A stretch of 63,755 nt of DNA, filler included, from Octopus bimaculoides (taxonomy: Eukaryota): the NCBI RefSeq assembly GCF_001194135.2. It is 6 parts of 6 records of this genome, joined end to end, with 100 filler letters (N's around TTAATTAATTAA, not from the genome) between each part and the next. Parts side by side here need not be neighbours in the genome. Positions count along the whole stretch, not along the records: positions 25,359 to 55,212 come from NC_068988.1; 5 more parts are not named here. The stretch is one strand, 5' to 3'. Positions 38,045 through 50,139 of this stretch are shown piece after piece (positions within the stretch are counted from its first letter, which is position 1; each line of letters starts with the position of its first letter). The position numbers and the translations under genes are program-made. The notes beneath the pieces were generated by a model that was given only the letters and a program-made list of their open reading frames with translations, was not told where the DNA came from and made no database searches.

Positions 38045-38470
38045 AATGCTTGATGAGGCTCGGGTCATTCTCAGCTGGTGGTTATCATGCATAGACCCGA
38101 CCACTGACCAAGTCCACTAGTGTTCTCCAGCACCGGCCTCTCGTACCAGCCTCTCTCCATCCTCCAAGGTGAAGTCGAACCTCCGGAGAATTTCACCAAA
38201 ATTGTCCAGTAAGTTGTGCGAGGCCTGTCACAAGGCCTCTTCCAGTTTGCAGTTCCTGATTCGAATGAGAGTAAACCCTGGTAGGATGATCTAGTGGGAG
38301 ACGGAGGACATGCCCGGGAGACGGAGGACATGCCCGGGAGACGGAACAGGAAGAAAGTGTATGTGATGGAGGCTGTGGGCGTACGGATGTGCGCAGGCGG
38401 TTCTTTGAATAGACGTGGTGCTATCAGCTGAACTCGGTTTAGGGCTCTTCCAGCGAGGCCCTTAATCTTC
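38045..38470 (-). mobile_element. RTE-clade LINE 3' end remnant with a 20-bp internal tandem duplication
   Basis: SGTANWKRPCDRPRTTYW resembles the W.RP.GRPR..W motif. GGGAGACGGAGGACATGCCC repeated 2.5 times at 38296-38345. Confidence 0.6.
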
Positions 38471-38850
38471 TTTGCCGAGTTATGCCAAGGTATGTATATA
38501 CATACATACCTTCGTGTATATATATATATATATATATNNNNNNNNNNNNNNNNNNNNNNNNNNNNNNNNNNNNNNNNNNNNNNNNNNNNNNNNNNNNNNN
38601 NNNNNNNNNNNNNNNNNNNNNNNNNNNNNNNNNNNNNNNNNNNNNNNNNNNNNNNNNNNNNNNNNNNNNNNNNNNNNNNNNNNNNNNNNNNNNNNNNNNN
38701 NNNNNNNNNNNNNNNNNNNNNNNNNNNNNNNNNNNNNNNNNNNNNNNNNNNNNNNNNNNNNNNNNNNNNNNNNNNNNNTATATATATATTGGCTCTAGTA
38801 GATCACCCGATCAAATAATTTACGAAGCCTTGGCGCAAAGCAATATTTAG

Positions 38851-39278
38851 GTATGAGCAGAATTTAAGCTAGTTAAAATATGTTTGTCACATATTTCCAC
38901 TGCTAAAAGGCAAATACACTGCAGTTACCGTGAATAAAAATCTCTCTTATGGTAAAAAGGTGTGAATATTCCCAGTTCGTTCAGTGTCACCATCACAAGA
39001 GAATCTCAGACATCGCGTTGACTGAATTATGTATAAAGCTATTGCTTTATTATGTTCGTTCGGAGTTGCCTGTCTTAGGTACATCTTATTGACAAGATTC
39101 AAAACACTCGAAACATCGATGTCTAAGATTCCTAACAGAAGGTGACACTGAACGGACTGGACGTTTCCATACCTTTTTATCATAAGAGAGAATTTTCTCC
39201 GCGGTAAATGCAGTGTATTTGCATTTTAGCAATTGAAATATGTAACAAACATATTTCAACTAATCTAATTTCCGTATA
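38851..39278. mobile_element. Fold-back element (about 150-bp inverted arms) containing a hammerhead motif
   Basis: 38864-39020 is the reverse complement of about 39115-39268 (roughly 80% by eye). Confidence 0.8.
39083..39129 (+). ncRNA. Minimal type I hammerhead ribozyme motif, U3:A8 variant
   Basis: ATCTTA-TTGACAA-GATTCAAAACACTC-GAAA-CATCGATG-TC-TAAGAT: 6-bp stem I, palindromic ACATCGATGT stem III, GUC triplet, imperfect stem II. Confidence 0.62.
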
Positions 39279-39379
39279 TACTAACGTACATATGTATGTG
39301 TGTTTATATACTTGCGTGCGTTCGTGTGTGTACGTGTGTCTGTCTGTCTGTCTGTATATNNNNNNNNNNATATATATAT

Positions 39380-39490
39380 AAGGATTATTATGAAGTCACT
39401 TCGAATGGTTCCAGAAGATATAGAAGCCCTTACTTTGGATCGAGTTCGATGGCGAACAAATGTGTGGAGTAGAGTGAAAGCATTTGAAGA
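39380..39490 (+). mobile_element. RTE LINE extreme 3' coding remnant
   Basis: MKSLRMVPEDIEALTLDRVRWRTNVWSRVKAFEE matches the WE.LA.DR..WR..V..G...FE motif. Confidence 0.65.
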
Positions 39491-39875
39491 GGCCATGATA
39501 ATGCACGTCGACCAAATCCACTCACAAGACTGAACCCGGAACAATGTGCTAGGTAAGCAAGTTATTTACCACTTAGCCACACCAGTGTAAATTTTCTAAT
39601 AATTTTATATTTACATCGTTATTTTTTTCTACTATTAAGTGCTAAGAAACCATTTAACGCAACTTATTATATTTTGCTATTAAGAAATAAATGAAAAGGA
39701 AGTAGAGGAAATATATTTGTTCTTAAATGGCTGAATCGATATTTCCATAATGTAATAGTTTTGAGATTCGGCATATATATACTCTTTTGCTGGTCAAGTG
39801 CACTTTACACGGATCTCTGAATGTGATTCGTCGTTTAAACAGTGGGCAATGTGAAACGGACGGCAGCAGTTCAAT

Positions 39876-39966
39876 AAAGAAGAAGAAGAAGAAGAAGAAG
39901 AAGAAGAAGAAGAAGAAGAAGAAGAAGAAGAAGAAGAAGAAGAAGAAGAAGAAGAAGAAGAAGAAG

Positions 39967-40010
<44 letters not shown>

Positions 40011-40032
40011 CTACAACAACTACAACAACAAC
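39876..40032. repeat. Compound (AAG)n(AAC)n microsatellite
   Basis: Direct reading. Confidence 0.95.
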
Positions 40033-40085
40033 GACATCGAAAAATACCTTAGGAATGAGAACTCGGGTTCGAAATTTCCCCAAGC

Positions 40086-40127
40086 CACCTCATGATGGCT
40101 GGAGGGTATACCAGCCGAAACGTTGTG
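40086..40127 (+). ncRNA. Decayed minimal hammerhead motif (G5C) in a short dispersed repeat
   Basis: CAC-CTCATGA-T-GGCTGG-AGGGTATA-CCAGCC-GAAA-CG-TT-GTG: 6-bp stem II, ACGT palindrome, 3-bp stem I. Core G5 is C. Confidence 0.5.
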
Positions 40128-41222
40128 TTAACCACAAACAAGATGAGGACAAATATCCGTCAAATGTAAATAATCTAAATACTCTTGTAATGATATGTAT
40201 ATATATATATAATTAATAGGGAATGGTCCACATGTGAGGATCTCGCATATTCAATGATAATACACTATTCTGAGTTCTAATAGAGCATGAACATAAGCTT
40301 TATATATAAATGAATGTTCAACTATTTAAATATCATACATTGCAAGTCATCCTGCTTTGAAGTTTCCACCATGTTCTCTTTCATTTTTTATGGTTTCAGT
40401 CTTTCTTCTAAGCGATGATGTTGCACTGCATTGTATTATTCGGCTACATACTTTAAGGTAGTGAATAAACGCAAATCAACCAAGATATACACACACATAT
40501 CTATCTGTATGTCGGCCTATCTATCCATCTATCTATCTATTTATATATCCATCTGTCTTTACACACACACACACAAAAAAAAAATACGCACACACAGATA
40601 CGAAATAAATTGCCATATTTTCACCAGCTTGGTGCCATATTAGAAAATACTTGCATGATATCTGACACCAGCGGAGCTGGACAAAAGCTCACTGGGAATC
40701 ACTTGGAATCGTAACCACACAGACGAACACTTCATAGGAATAGTGCTTATGTAGAAATATAAAGTGTTCGGAAATTTAATAGTCATATAACGTTGACGAT
40801 TCATTAGTATTAACACTACCAAATTGGATACGCACTACATAGACACCAGGACAGTATTTTCTATCGACTTACACGAAGAAAAAGTGGAAAGAGAAACTGA
40901 ATCGTTCTGGTCAAATTTTTTAATTCAAAAATGCATAATTACATCAAATTATTATAAAATAAGCATGATTAATTCGAAACGGTAAACCTTAATAAAGAGA
41001 CCTGGAACTTCCATTTCCTTTCTCCTATGGTTTTATAGCTGTATGCAAACAGAAGTGCTCCTGGTGTAAATCTAGTTACCCATAACTACATATCCTTGTT
41101 TACATCAGGATGGTGGATACTAAGAAGAGGATTTAAACAGTACACTACCATTTGTTTATTGATAAATACATGCAAGCATAAGTCTTTCTCTCCCCCTCTC
41201 TCTCTCTGTCACTCTCTATATG

Positions 41223-41269
<47 letters not shown>

Positions 41270-41500
41270 NNNNNNNNNNNNNNNNNNNNNNNNNNNNNNN
41301 NNNNNNNNNNNNNNNNNNNNNNNNNNNNNNNNNNNNNNNNNNNNNNNNNNNNNNNNNNNNNNNNNNNNNNNNNNNNNNNNNNNNNNNNNNNNNNNNNNNN
41401 NNNNNNNNNNNNNNNNNNNNNNNNNNNNNNNNNNNNNNNNNNNNNNNNNNNNNNNNNNNNNNNNNNNNNNNNNNNNNNNNNNNNNNNNNNNNNNNNNNNN

Positions 41501-41541
<41 letters not shown>

Positions 41542-41924
41542 CATATCTGTATATATACATGGATCAAATGATGTGAATTACAGAATATGGTGAAGCATTT
41601 ACGGTTTCTGAAACCATAATAATTCATATATCTTTATATATCACAGATCAATGATCTTCAAATAGCGCAAATTCTTAGGTGTATACAACTACTAAACTAA
41701 AGTCATATTATCATACAGTGATATTTCGGGCAATTTTAAGTATTCCTGTATTCAATAGATTGTAAATATACTTCCTCTCGAATATTGTAATGCAGCAATC
41801 AACGGCTGTCATATTGGAATGGGAAAATAGAACTGAATGTTTTATAAATGATTCAAATACCAGCCATGTTATTTAGAGCTTACCGTACTTTACAAAAATA
41901 TATTACGTAGGATCAGGAACACCT

Positions 41925-42290
41925 CAGCTGCCCAATTATTGGGTTCTCCTATATCATCCTGCTGGCATTCGGAGCAAGTAATGCAGTTTATGAGATCTTG
42001 TGTCTTGCAGTTCATCTTTGCATTTACGTTGAACGAGAATCCACCCTTAAATGTTGTGGGTGTCCCCGTCTATATATTTGAAGTTATTGTTGTTGTTGCA
42101 TATTCCACATCTGCTGTCTCCACATTCTTTTACAGACAAATCTGTTTCATTCTCTGATCTGAATTTTTCACTTGTGCGTTGCTTTTTAAGCTTTTTTCCC
42201 GGCGTTTACTATTTGGTAGGTAGCTTTTATCTATCAAGCTTCTCATGTTTGGGGTCTGTAAGAGTATAGTTGGGTTTGATTGCATAACTT
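41925..42290 (-). mobile_element. Penelope-like element, linker plus GIY-YIG endonuclease remnant
   Basis: SKRREKSLK...VKECGDSRCGIC...FKGGFSFNVNAKMNCKTQDLINCITCSECQQDDIGEP; compare the PLE pattern KRQP.NL...C...RC..C...NC.S.N.IY.I.C..C...YIGET. Confidence 0.8.
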
Positions 42291-42763
42291 AGAAAATGTT
42301 CACTCTCACCCACACCATCACTCTCTCCCTTTCTAAAACATCATAAGTTTAAATTTTATATAAAAAGGTGAAGCAAATTTACTTGTAAACCACTTCTTTG
42401 ATAAATCCGATAACGGAAGAAAGCGCTAAAAATGTAAATTAAAATATATATAATCATCCAACATTCTGACTACTTTGTTATTCTCAAGGTACAATATCCG
42501 TACATCACTTCAACGAATCAATACACACAAACACACACGTGTATGTATGTATGTATGTATGTATGTATATATGTATATATGTATCAAGAAGAAGGCTGCC
42601 GTCAGAATTTTGGATAACTCTTTATTAGCGGCTCCGTTCGCACAGTCTTCGACAGAAATAACGAAAGAGCTAATAAGGAATTGCCCAAAATTCTCCTTAA
42701 TATAAAATATCTGTACACCACTTCAAACACAAACACACGCCCTCTCTCCCCTCTTTCTCTCTT

Positions 42764-42812
<49 letters not shown>

Positions 42813-42990
42813 ATGTGTGTGTGTGTGTGTGTCTGTGTGTCACTGTTTTTCTCTGTGTGAGAGTGTGTGTGTGTATGTTTGTGCGTCAGCGTGTTTCTGT
42901 GCGATTGCTTGGGTATGGCTAAGATTTACTCGCTTGTACTTGAGCGTGTGCCTGTCCAACATTACAAAGAAAGGTATACATTCATGCCAT

Positions 42991-43265
42991 AGGCGCAAGA
43001 GTGGTTGTGTGGTAAGAATCTTGCTTCCCAATCACAGGTTTACAGTTTCAGTCCCACTACGTGGAACCTTGGTCAACTGTCTTCCACTATAACCTCTGGC
43101 TGACGAAAGCTTTGTGACTTAAATTGAAAGATGCCCGTAGTATATATATACGACTGGTGTTGGTGAGATTTATATCCCGTAAATAGTGCAGTCGATTCCT
43201 TCGACTAAACATTGAGAGCGATGCCCCAGCATGGCACCAGTATAATGACTAAAACAAGTAAATAA
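42991..43265 (+). mobile_element. SINE family C, diverged full-length copy
   Basis: GGCGCAAGAGTGGTTGTGTGGTAAG head through ...CCCCAGCATGGC...ATGACTAAAACAAGTAAA tail. Confidence 0.8.
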
Positions 43266-44071
43266 ACAAAACGAAAATAGCCGCCGACTTATTAGACTGT
43301 CCACACCAATCGTTTCAGTTACTGGAAAACAACATCATAATGAGACTGTTTTCATATGTATACGTACATTTACCCGTTTCGCACTTGTCATTTGATCGAA
43401 GAGAGAGCACGGTATACTACGATCATGAAGGAATATGTAGAAGAAATGAACGTACCATCAACATGTGTTTTCATACACTGTAGTGATTCTCATAACGTAC
43501 AACGAAAGGAAATCAACGCATGTCTTCTAAACATCATATAACTAAGAGCAATTTCCGATATAGCGAACAAGGAAATACACACTAGTGGGTACACTCATCA
43601 CAAGAGGCGTAATACTTGAAAAACTACAACTATAAGGTAGATATTTTGTATTGAAATGAATAGAGTGGACGTCAAATTGCCGCACAGTTAAATGATATTT
43701 GACAGATTCTTAAAGCAGAAACATATTGCATGAGACAAGTATGTCCGGGTAGGTGACGTTGCTGTGTTTCCTCCAAATATGTGAAATTACAGATTATGGG
43801 AAAACTAAAAATTTTAGCACGTACAAGTGAATGATTGCAAGAACACAAACATTTGCTTTAAGTGTTTAGGAGTGGCATATATATATATATATATATATGC
43901 ATATATTGTATCTATAAGTATATATATATATATATGATTAATATATATATATATATGCATATATTGTATATATAAGTATATATATATATATATATATATA
44001 TGATTAATGCATATATATACACGTACATATATATACGTATGCATACATATATATACACACATACATATATG

Positions 44072-44163
<92 letters not shown>

Positions 44164-44196
44164 TCCTCAGAGAAAGAGGCTCAGTGTGTGATAGAT

Positions 44197-44242
<46 letters not shown>

Positions 44243-44311
44243 GTAGATTGACACGTAAGCAAATACACAAAGAACTGCAGAGATAGATAAAGACAGAGAG
44301 TGAGAGAGGGT

Positions 44312-44343
<32 letters not shown>

Positions 44344-45297
44344 AAAGTGGGGACAGAAAGATTGAAGGAGGGAGGGCGAGAGAAAATGAATATTATATGT
44401 GAACATGCCTTGGCTTTTCTATGTTATTGTGATTGCAAAGGTTAAGTTGTCACCTGTTTGATATATTTGCGTTGATGTACTTGCCAAACGATTCAATTTC
44501 TTCCATGGCATCACAAACGTATTTAGTTCCAGCAATCAGAAAATAGGAAAGGAGAAATAGGAAAGGAAAGATGGTGATAGAGAGAGATGAAAAGTGAGAG
44601 AAAAAAAAAGTGGGTGTGTGGAACCAGAACATAAAGAGGTGCCGATACCACAAGGTGAGGAAGATAAGTGGAGAAATATAGACATTTATAAGATCAAAGA
44701 AATTAGATATACAGAGGGTAACACTGTTTTAATCACTATTACAAACACTTACAGACACACACACACACATATACACACGTACAACACACATGCACATGCA
44801 AACGTAAACATGCATAGTTTGGGTTTGCTTAAACAAATACATCGATAGACACACATATAAACATACGCACACTTCTAGCTAGGGAGGCTGCGTTTATATA
44901 CACAAGTACGAACGCATACGCGCGCACTTGTATACGTACCAGCATATAAATATATANNNNNNNNNNNNNNNNNNNNNNNNNNNNNNNNNNNNNNNNNNNN
45001 NNNNNNNNNNNNNNNNNNNNNNNNNNNNNNNNNNNNNNNNNNNNNNNNNNNNNNNNNNNNNNNNNNNNNNNNNNNNNNNNNNNNNNNNNNNNNNNNNNNN
45101 NNNNNNNNNNNNNNNNNNNNNNNNNNNNNNNNNNNNNNNNNNNNNNNNNNNNNNNNNNNNNNNNNNNNNNNNNNNNNNNNNNNNNNNNNNNNNNNNNNNN
45201 NNNNNNNNNNNNNNNNNNNNNNNNNNNNNNNNNNNNNNNNNNNNNNNNNNNNNNNNNNNNNNNNNNNNNNNNNNNNNNNNNNNNNNNNNNNNNNNNN

Positions 45298-45350
<53 letters not shown>

Positions 45351-45908
45351 GAGGCAGCACTCGTATATGCACATGCGTGTGTGCTTGCGAATGTGGCACC
45401 TATTAAGAATGAGCATAGATATATAGCTGGAGTAATTTCAAGATCAAAGTCGAAGTGAATAATGAAGATACATATGCATACTCACGCGTATACCATCACA
45501 CTTTCTGTGATAAGCATTAACACATGGCGAGAGCAGCAAATTGTCACCTTTCGATCCATGTGTGTTGAGCGTCTTTAGAGATAGAGCAATATAGAGAATC
45601 ATTAAATAGCGTTAGAAGAACGCGAAAATTATACAGCATGCATCTCATTTCATCTAATACTTTGAGCTGTTTATAAACGGGAAAGCAATAGTCTGCGTAG
45701 TGACCTTTAATCTTAAATTTCTTTTCTTCTTTTTTTTTCGTGGACAATTACTAAGTTAGGATATCTTATGTTATCTTTTATCCTTTACTTGCTCCACTCA
45801 TTAAATTGCGGTCATTCTGGAGCAGTACCCTTTGAGTGTAGCCGAACGTGCTGATCTCAATTCTTGTTTGTATTTTTGTATCCACAAACCCCACGTTCTC
45901 TTTTACAG

Positions 45909-45960
45909 AACGGGGAGTATTACAAGGACGTACACAAAGCCATAGCGTTCTTGAAGCGGC
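45909..45960 (+). CDS. Candidate coding exon (unknown gene)
   Basis: Strong acceptor CCCCACGTTCTCTTTTACAG; frame NGEYYKDVHKAIAFLKR. The donor (C|GTACAT) is weak; the frame otherwise runs to a stop at 46023-46025. Confidence 0.3.
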
Positions 45961-46124
45961 GTACATACAAAGACGTACATACAAAATTTCACATATATAC
46001 ATGCATACTTATATACATTCATTGAGCGAAGGCACATAATGCTCCACGATGCTCCGGTAAGGGATAATGGTAACCCCTAATCTACACTTTTACCTCAATT
46101 TCATATATACATATATATGTATTC

Positions 46125-46242
<118 letters not shown>

Positions 46243-46867
46243 GTATGTATGTATGTATGTATGTTTGTATATGCCTATATGCATCGATGTATGTATATTT
46301 GTATGTATGTATGTATGTCTGTATGATTCCAATCCAATCATAAAAAAAAATTGTCCACCTATGTGGTGCACAGCACGCACCCTCTTTATGATTTAGTAGA
46401 TTAATTTTTTCATTCAAATAACCAAGTTTTGAATCATGCAACCTTTAGAATATAATAACGCCTATAAATATGCCTCTCAAGTTTATAAGACGTCTATAAA
46501 CCTTGCGATACTCCTTGCGAATGCTCAGTTATGCACCATCATATCTTGGGTGTTTCCAGGTGCTTCAGGTCTTTGAACTTTATACCGACTCACTCAGTTG
46601 ACCGAACCAGTGTTGATCAAGCCTTAGCTGCATCAAATCACTGTGGCAGCAAATCTGTCGGCTCTCTTTATCGAAACCCATCTAGAGGCCTTCTTTCAAG
46701 CTTCACTCGAATCTGTACCGTTCTCATAGTATATCAACTGGAAGTTGTTTCATAGAGATATTAATTTATTGATTGCGCATTTTGAAACCTTAATTGAAAT
46801 GTAATGTATTCACTGCATTATTGGATAATATCGAGGGCCAGTTCTGGTAAAGATCAGTAATGTCAGG

Positions 46868-47558
46868 GACATACGAAATGCTGCTAAGCATTTAGCCCGG
46901 TGTGCTAACCATTCTTTTCTACTCTAGACACAAGGCCAAAAAATGTTGGGGTGGGGACCAGTCGATTAGATCAACCTCAGTATGCAACTGGTACTTAATT
47001 TATCGACATCGATAGAATGAAAGGTAAGGTCGACCTGGGTTGAATTTGAACTCAGAACGTAAAGACAGACGAAATACCGCTACGTATCTCCTCCGACGTG
47101 GTAACAATTCTGCCAGCTCGCTGTCCATGTAGGGAACATGATATTGGTTTCAAATTTTGGCACAAGGCCAGAAATTTGGGGAGAGTGTTTAGTCGATTAC
47201 ATTGGTCCCAATGTTCAATTGGTACCTGTTTTATCGACTGCAGAAATATGAAATGCATGTCGACCTCGTTGGTATTTGAACACAGAACGTAAATACGGAC
47301 GAAATGCTGCTAAGCATTTTGCCCGGCGTGTTAACGATTATGCCAGCTCACCGTTCTTTTAGAGAACATAATATTGATGTGCACATACCCAGGGTGGGTG
47401 GGCGTCAATTCGATTACCTCGAACTCTGTTCTCAACTGGTACTTATTTTATCGACTCCGATAATACCTCCGCACAATATGAACTTAGAAGGTAAAAGACG
47501 TACAAAACTGCGCTAAACCTTTTGCCTAGCGTCCTAGCGGTTTTGTCAGCTCACCGCT
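46868..47558 (-). mobile_element. Head-to-tail array of about 3.5 SINE family D copies
   Basis: GAAATGCTGCTAAGCATT or TTTGAAC(T/A)CAGAACGTAAA recurs at about 46875, 47045, 47275 and (diverged) 47480, all in the same orientation. Confidence 0.8.
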
Positions 47559-47951
47559 TTAATTATAGAATATAATATTAACAATTAAATAATCTGCCTT
47601 CAGAGACACAGCCAATAACAAATTATAAAATTTCAAATTTCTGTCCCTCGCAAATGAGCTTAGAAGTTGCAATATTTCATGATTATATTCTTCACAGTAG
47701 TTGTTAAACGAGTCCTGAAGATCATCGATGTTACGATGCTTATATCTATTCATGTGTAGCAAGGCTATTAAGAAGAAACTGGAGTGACTTATAACCACAT
47801 TAATCCGACTTCAAGCTTTGAATTAAGCAAATCTTTAAGATATTTCACTTAGTGCACTTAGAAATTATTGCCGAAATGTTGGCTAAGTTTTAAGGATTCA
47901 CATAAAAAGCTTGCACTAGGTAGACATGACAAGTTTTAAACTACACTGAAT

Positions 47952-47998
47952 TTTTAAAAGGATAAACGGATTTTAAAAGGATAAACGGATTTTAAAGG
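47952..47998. repeat. 19-bp tandem repeat (TTTTAAAAGGATAAACGGA) x2.5
   Basis: Direct reading. Confidence 0.9.
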
Positions 47999-48155
47999 CG
48001 CTTTTCGGTTTGAATTTGCCATTCAGTACTCTGCGATCATATGCAGTCAAATGCATACGTTCCTTTTATCATTTCGGACTCCATTACTGGACCCGTGGTG
48101 TCGGTTTTTATCCTCTCGTTCATTCTCTGTTTTACGCTCTTTCTTTCTATCGCCA

Positions 48156-48208
<53 letters not shown>

Positions 48209-48867
48209 NNNNNNNNNNNNNNNNNNNNNNNNNNNNNNNNNNNNNNNNNNNNNNNNNNNNNNNNNNNNNNNNNNNNNNNNNNNNNNNNNNNNNNNNNNNN
48301 NNNNNNNNNNNNNNNNNNNNNNNNNNNNNNNNNNNNNNNNNNNNNNNNNNNNNNNNNNNNNNNNNNNNNNNNNNNNNNNNNNNNNNNNNNNNNNNNNNNN
48401 NNNNNNNNNNNNNNNNNNNNNNNNNNNNNNNNNNNNNNNNNNNNNNNNNNNNNNNNNNNNNNNNNNNNNNNNNNNNNNNNNNNNNNNNNNNNNNNNNNTA
48501 TATATATATATATTTACATATATATGCATACATTTATATACATACATGCACACATACATACATGCATACATACATACATGCATACATACATAGATGCATG
48601 CATACACACATACATACATACATAAATACATACATACATACATACCTACATACATACATACATATATCCATATATACATATATCCGTTTTATTTTCTTCT
48701 AGGGGAAATTAAGTTTGCTAAAATTCATCTATATTTGAAAAGCTCAAGCCCCGCCTAATGTTATGACGTAATACTACGAATCTCACAAGCACTTGCTGTT
48801 TCCTCTAAACAGTAACGCGTAGCGTATTATAAGCTCATTACTTCTACATCACTATAATTATTGTTAA

Positions 48868-48878
48868 TATTATTATTA

Positions 48879-48928
<50 letters not shown>

Positions 48929-49146
48929 GTTCAGTAGTTTTATTTTTATAACGTGCTTTCACTTCACTACCGATCGCAGCTCTGTGCGCCTTGGGTATGT
49001 GCTGTGGTTTGCTGTGGTGCTCTTATGTTTATTGTATTGAAAGTGTTTTGCGTAGAATGTGTGCAGTACCCAGTAGTGCAATTTTCTGTATGTTATATAT
49101 ATTTGTAAGTCCTGGTGTTTTTGTTATGTATTTGTCTGAATATTTT
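48868..49146 (-). mobile_element. R4/Dong-clade non-LTR retrotransposon 3' end (family 2) with (TAA)n tail
   Basis: Minus strand QKYSDKYITKTPGLTNIYNIQKIALLGTAHILRKTLSIQ-stop (49029-49146), about 100-bp 3'UTR, then (AAT)n at 48868-48928. Confidence 0.82.
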
Positions 49147-49147
49147 T

Positions 49148-49193
<46 letters not shown>

Positions 49194-49590
49194 CATTATT
49201 ATTATTGCCTTTGCACAGCGTCTAATGCTGGAGATGTACTACGGCGTCAGCTGTTCACCACCAGTGAGCTAAAGTAACACCTCTCATTTTTCGACAATTT
49301 TCCGGAGTGTTCGAGTGGTTCCAAGCAGTGCTGTTTTCTGCAAGTGCTCCACCCTTATTTCAGCCCCTATTTGTTCCATATACTTCTCAAGATTTTTACT
49401 CAGTGTTCCCAGTACTCCGACAATTATTGGTACTACAACCACCTTTTTCATCGACCACAACTGCTTTACCTCCCAAGCGAACCTGTCATATCTATCGACT
49501 TTTCTTTCGTCCTTATCGCATACCTTGTTGTCAGCTGGGCACGTTATATCTATTGTACAGCATAGTTTGCTTTCTCTCTCAAGACTACGG
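49147..49590 (-). mobile_element. R4/Dong-clade non-LTR retrotransposon 3' end (family 1), restriction-like endonuclease domain, with (TAA)n tail
   Basis: IDITCPADNKVCDKDERKVDRY...VVPIIVGVLG...LQKTALLGTTRTLRKIVEK-stop, short 3'UTR, (AAT)n at about 49149-49207. Confidence 0.88.
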
Positions 49591-49740
49591 TCTTTAGTCG
49601 AGCAAATCGACGACAGGACTAATTTTTGGAAGCTTAGCACTTATTTATCTTCTCTTTACGACGTGCTGCTAAGTTACGGAGACGTAAACGCAGCAACATC
49701 GGTTGTCAAAGCGATGGTGGGGGCCAAAAACAGAATACAA
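49590..49740 (-). mobile_element. SINE family C 3' part
   Basis: TTTAGTCGAGCAAATCGAC...GCTAAGTTACGGAGACGTAAAC...CATCGGTTGTCAAAGCGATG. Confidence 0.75.
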
Positions 49741-49763
49741 TATATGCATATATATATATATAT

Positions 49764-49815
<52 letters not shown>

Positions 49816-50067
49816 GCTGTGTGGTAATTATAGCATACGTTGCTGGTGATGTAGACGATATCCACTGTATCAAAATTGCATGTTTGGTCAACAAAGTTTC
49901 GATGTTTCACGACCAACCGTGATCGCTTACCAAACCGAACTAAGGGTGTTGTAGTTTCCCGTGAGCACAGTGTAACTGTCTCTTACGCCGTTCATATAAA
50001 TGAGTACAGCCTCAGCTCATCACCAAAAAGTGTATGTGTGTAACATTCATTTTCCTTTCATCTGAAG

Positions 50068-50139
50068 ATCCTATCATATGGACTTTGAAGGCCCCCAACA
50101 CCGCTGAGAGTGGCTTAACATCTACGAAAATGTTTACAG
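50068..50139 (+). CDS. Candidate internal coding exon, 72 nt, phase 1-1 (unknown gene)
   Basis: Acceptor TTTTCCTTTCATCTGAAG, near-consensus donor CAG|GTAAGC. Only one of three frames is open: xPIIWTLKAPNTAESGLTSTKMFTx. Non-repeat context. Confidence 0.5.

Noticed and set aside
38296-38345. Short direct repeats (20 bp here, 19 bp at 47952, 24 bp at about 23190) as a CRISPR-like array
   Set aside because: Tandem units without unique spacers in a eukaryotic repeat context; simple duplications.
47598-47764. Minus-strand open frame ALLHMNRYKHRNIDDLQDSFNNYCEEYNHEILQLLSSF...
   Set aside because: The acceptor is fair but only a non-canonical GC donor is available, and I recognise no homology; unsupported without RNA data.
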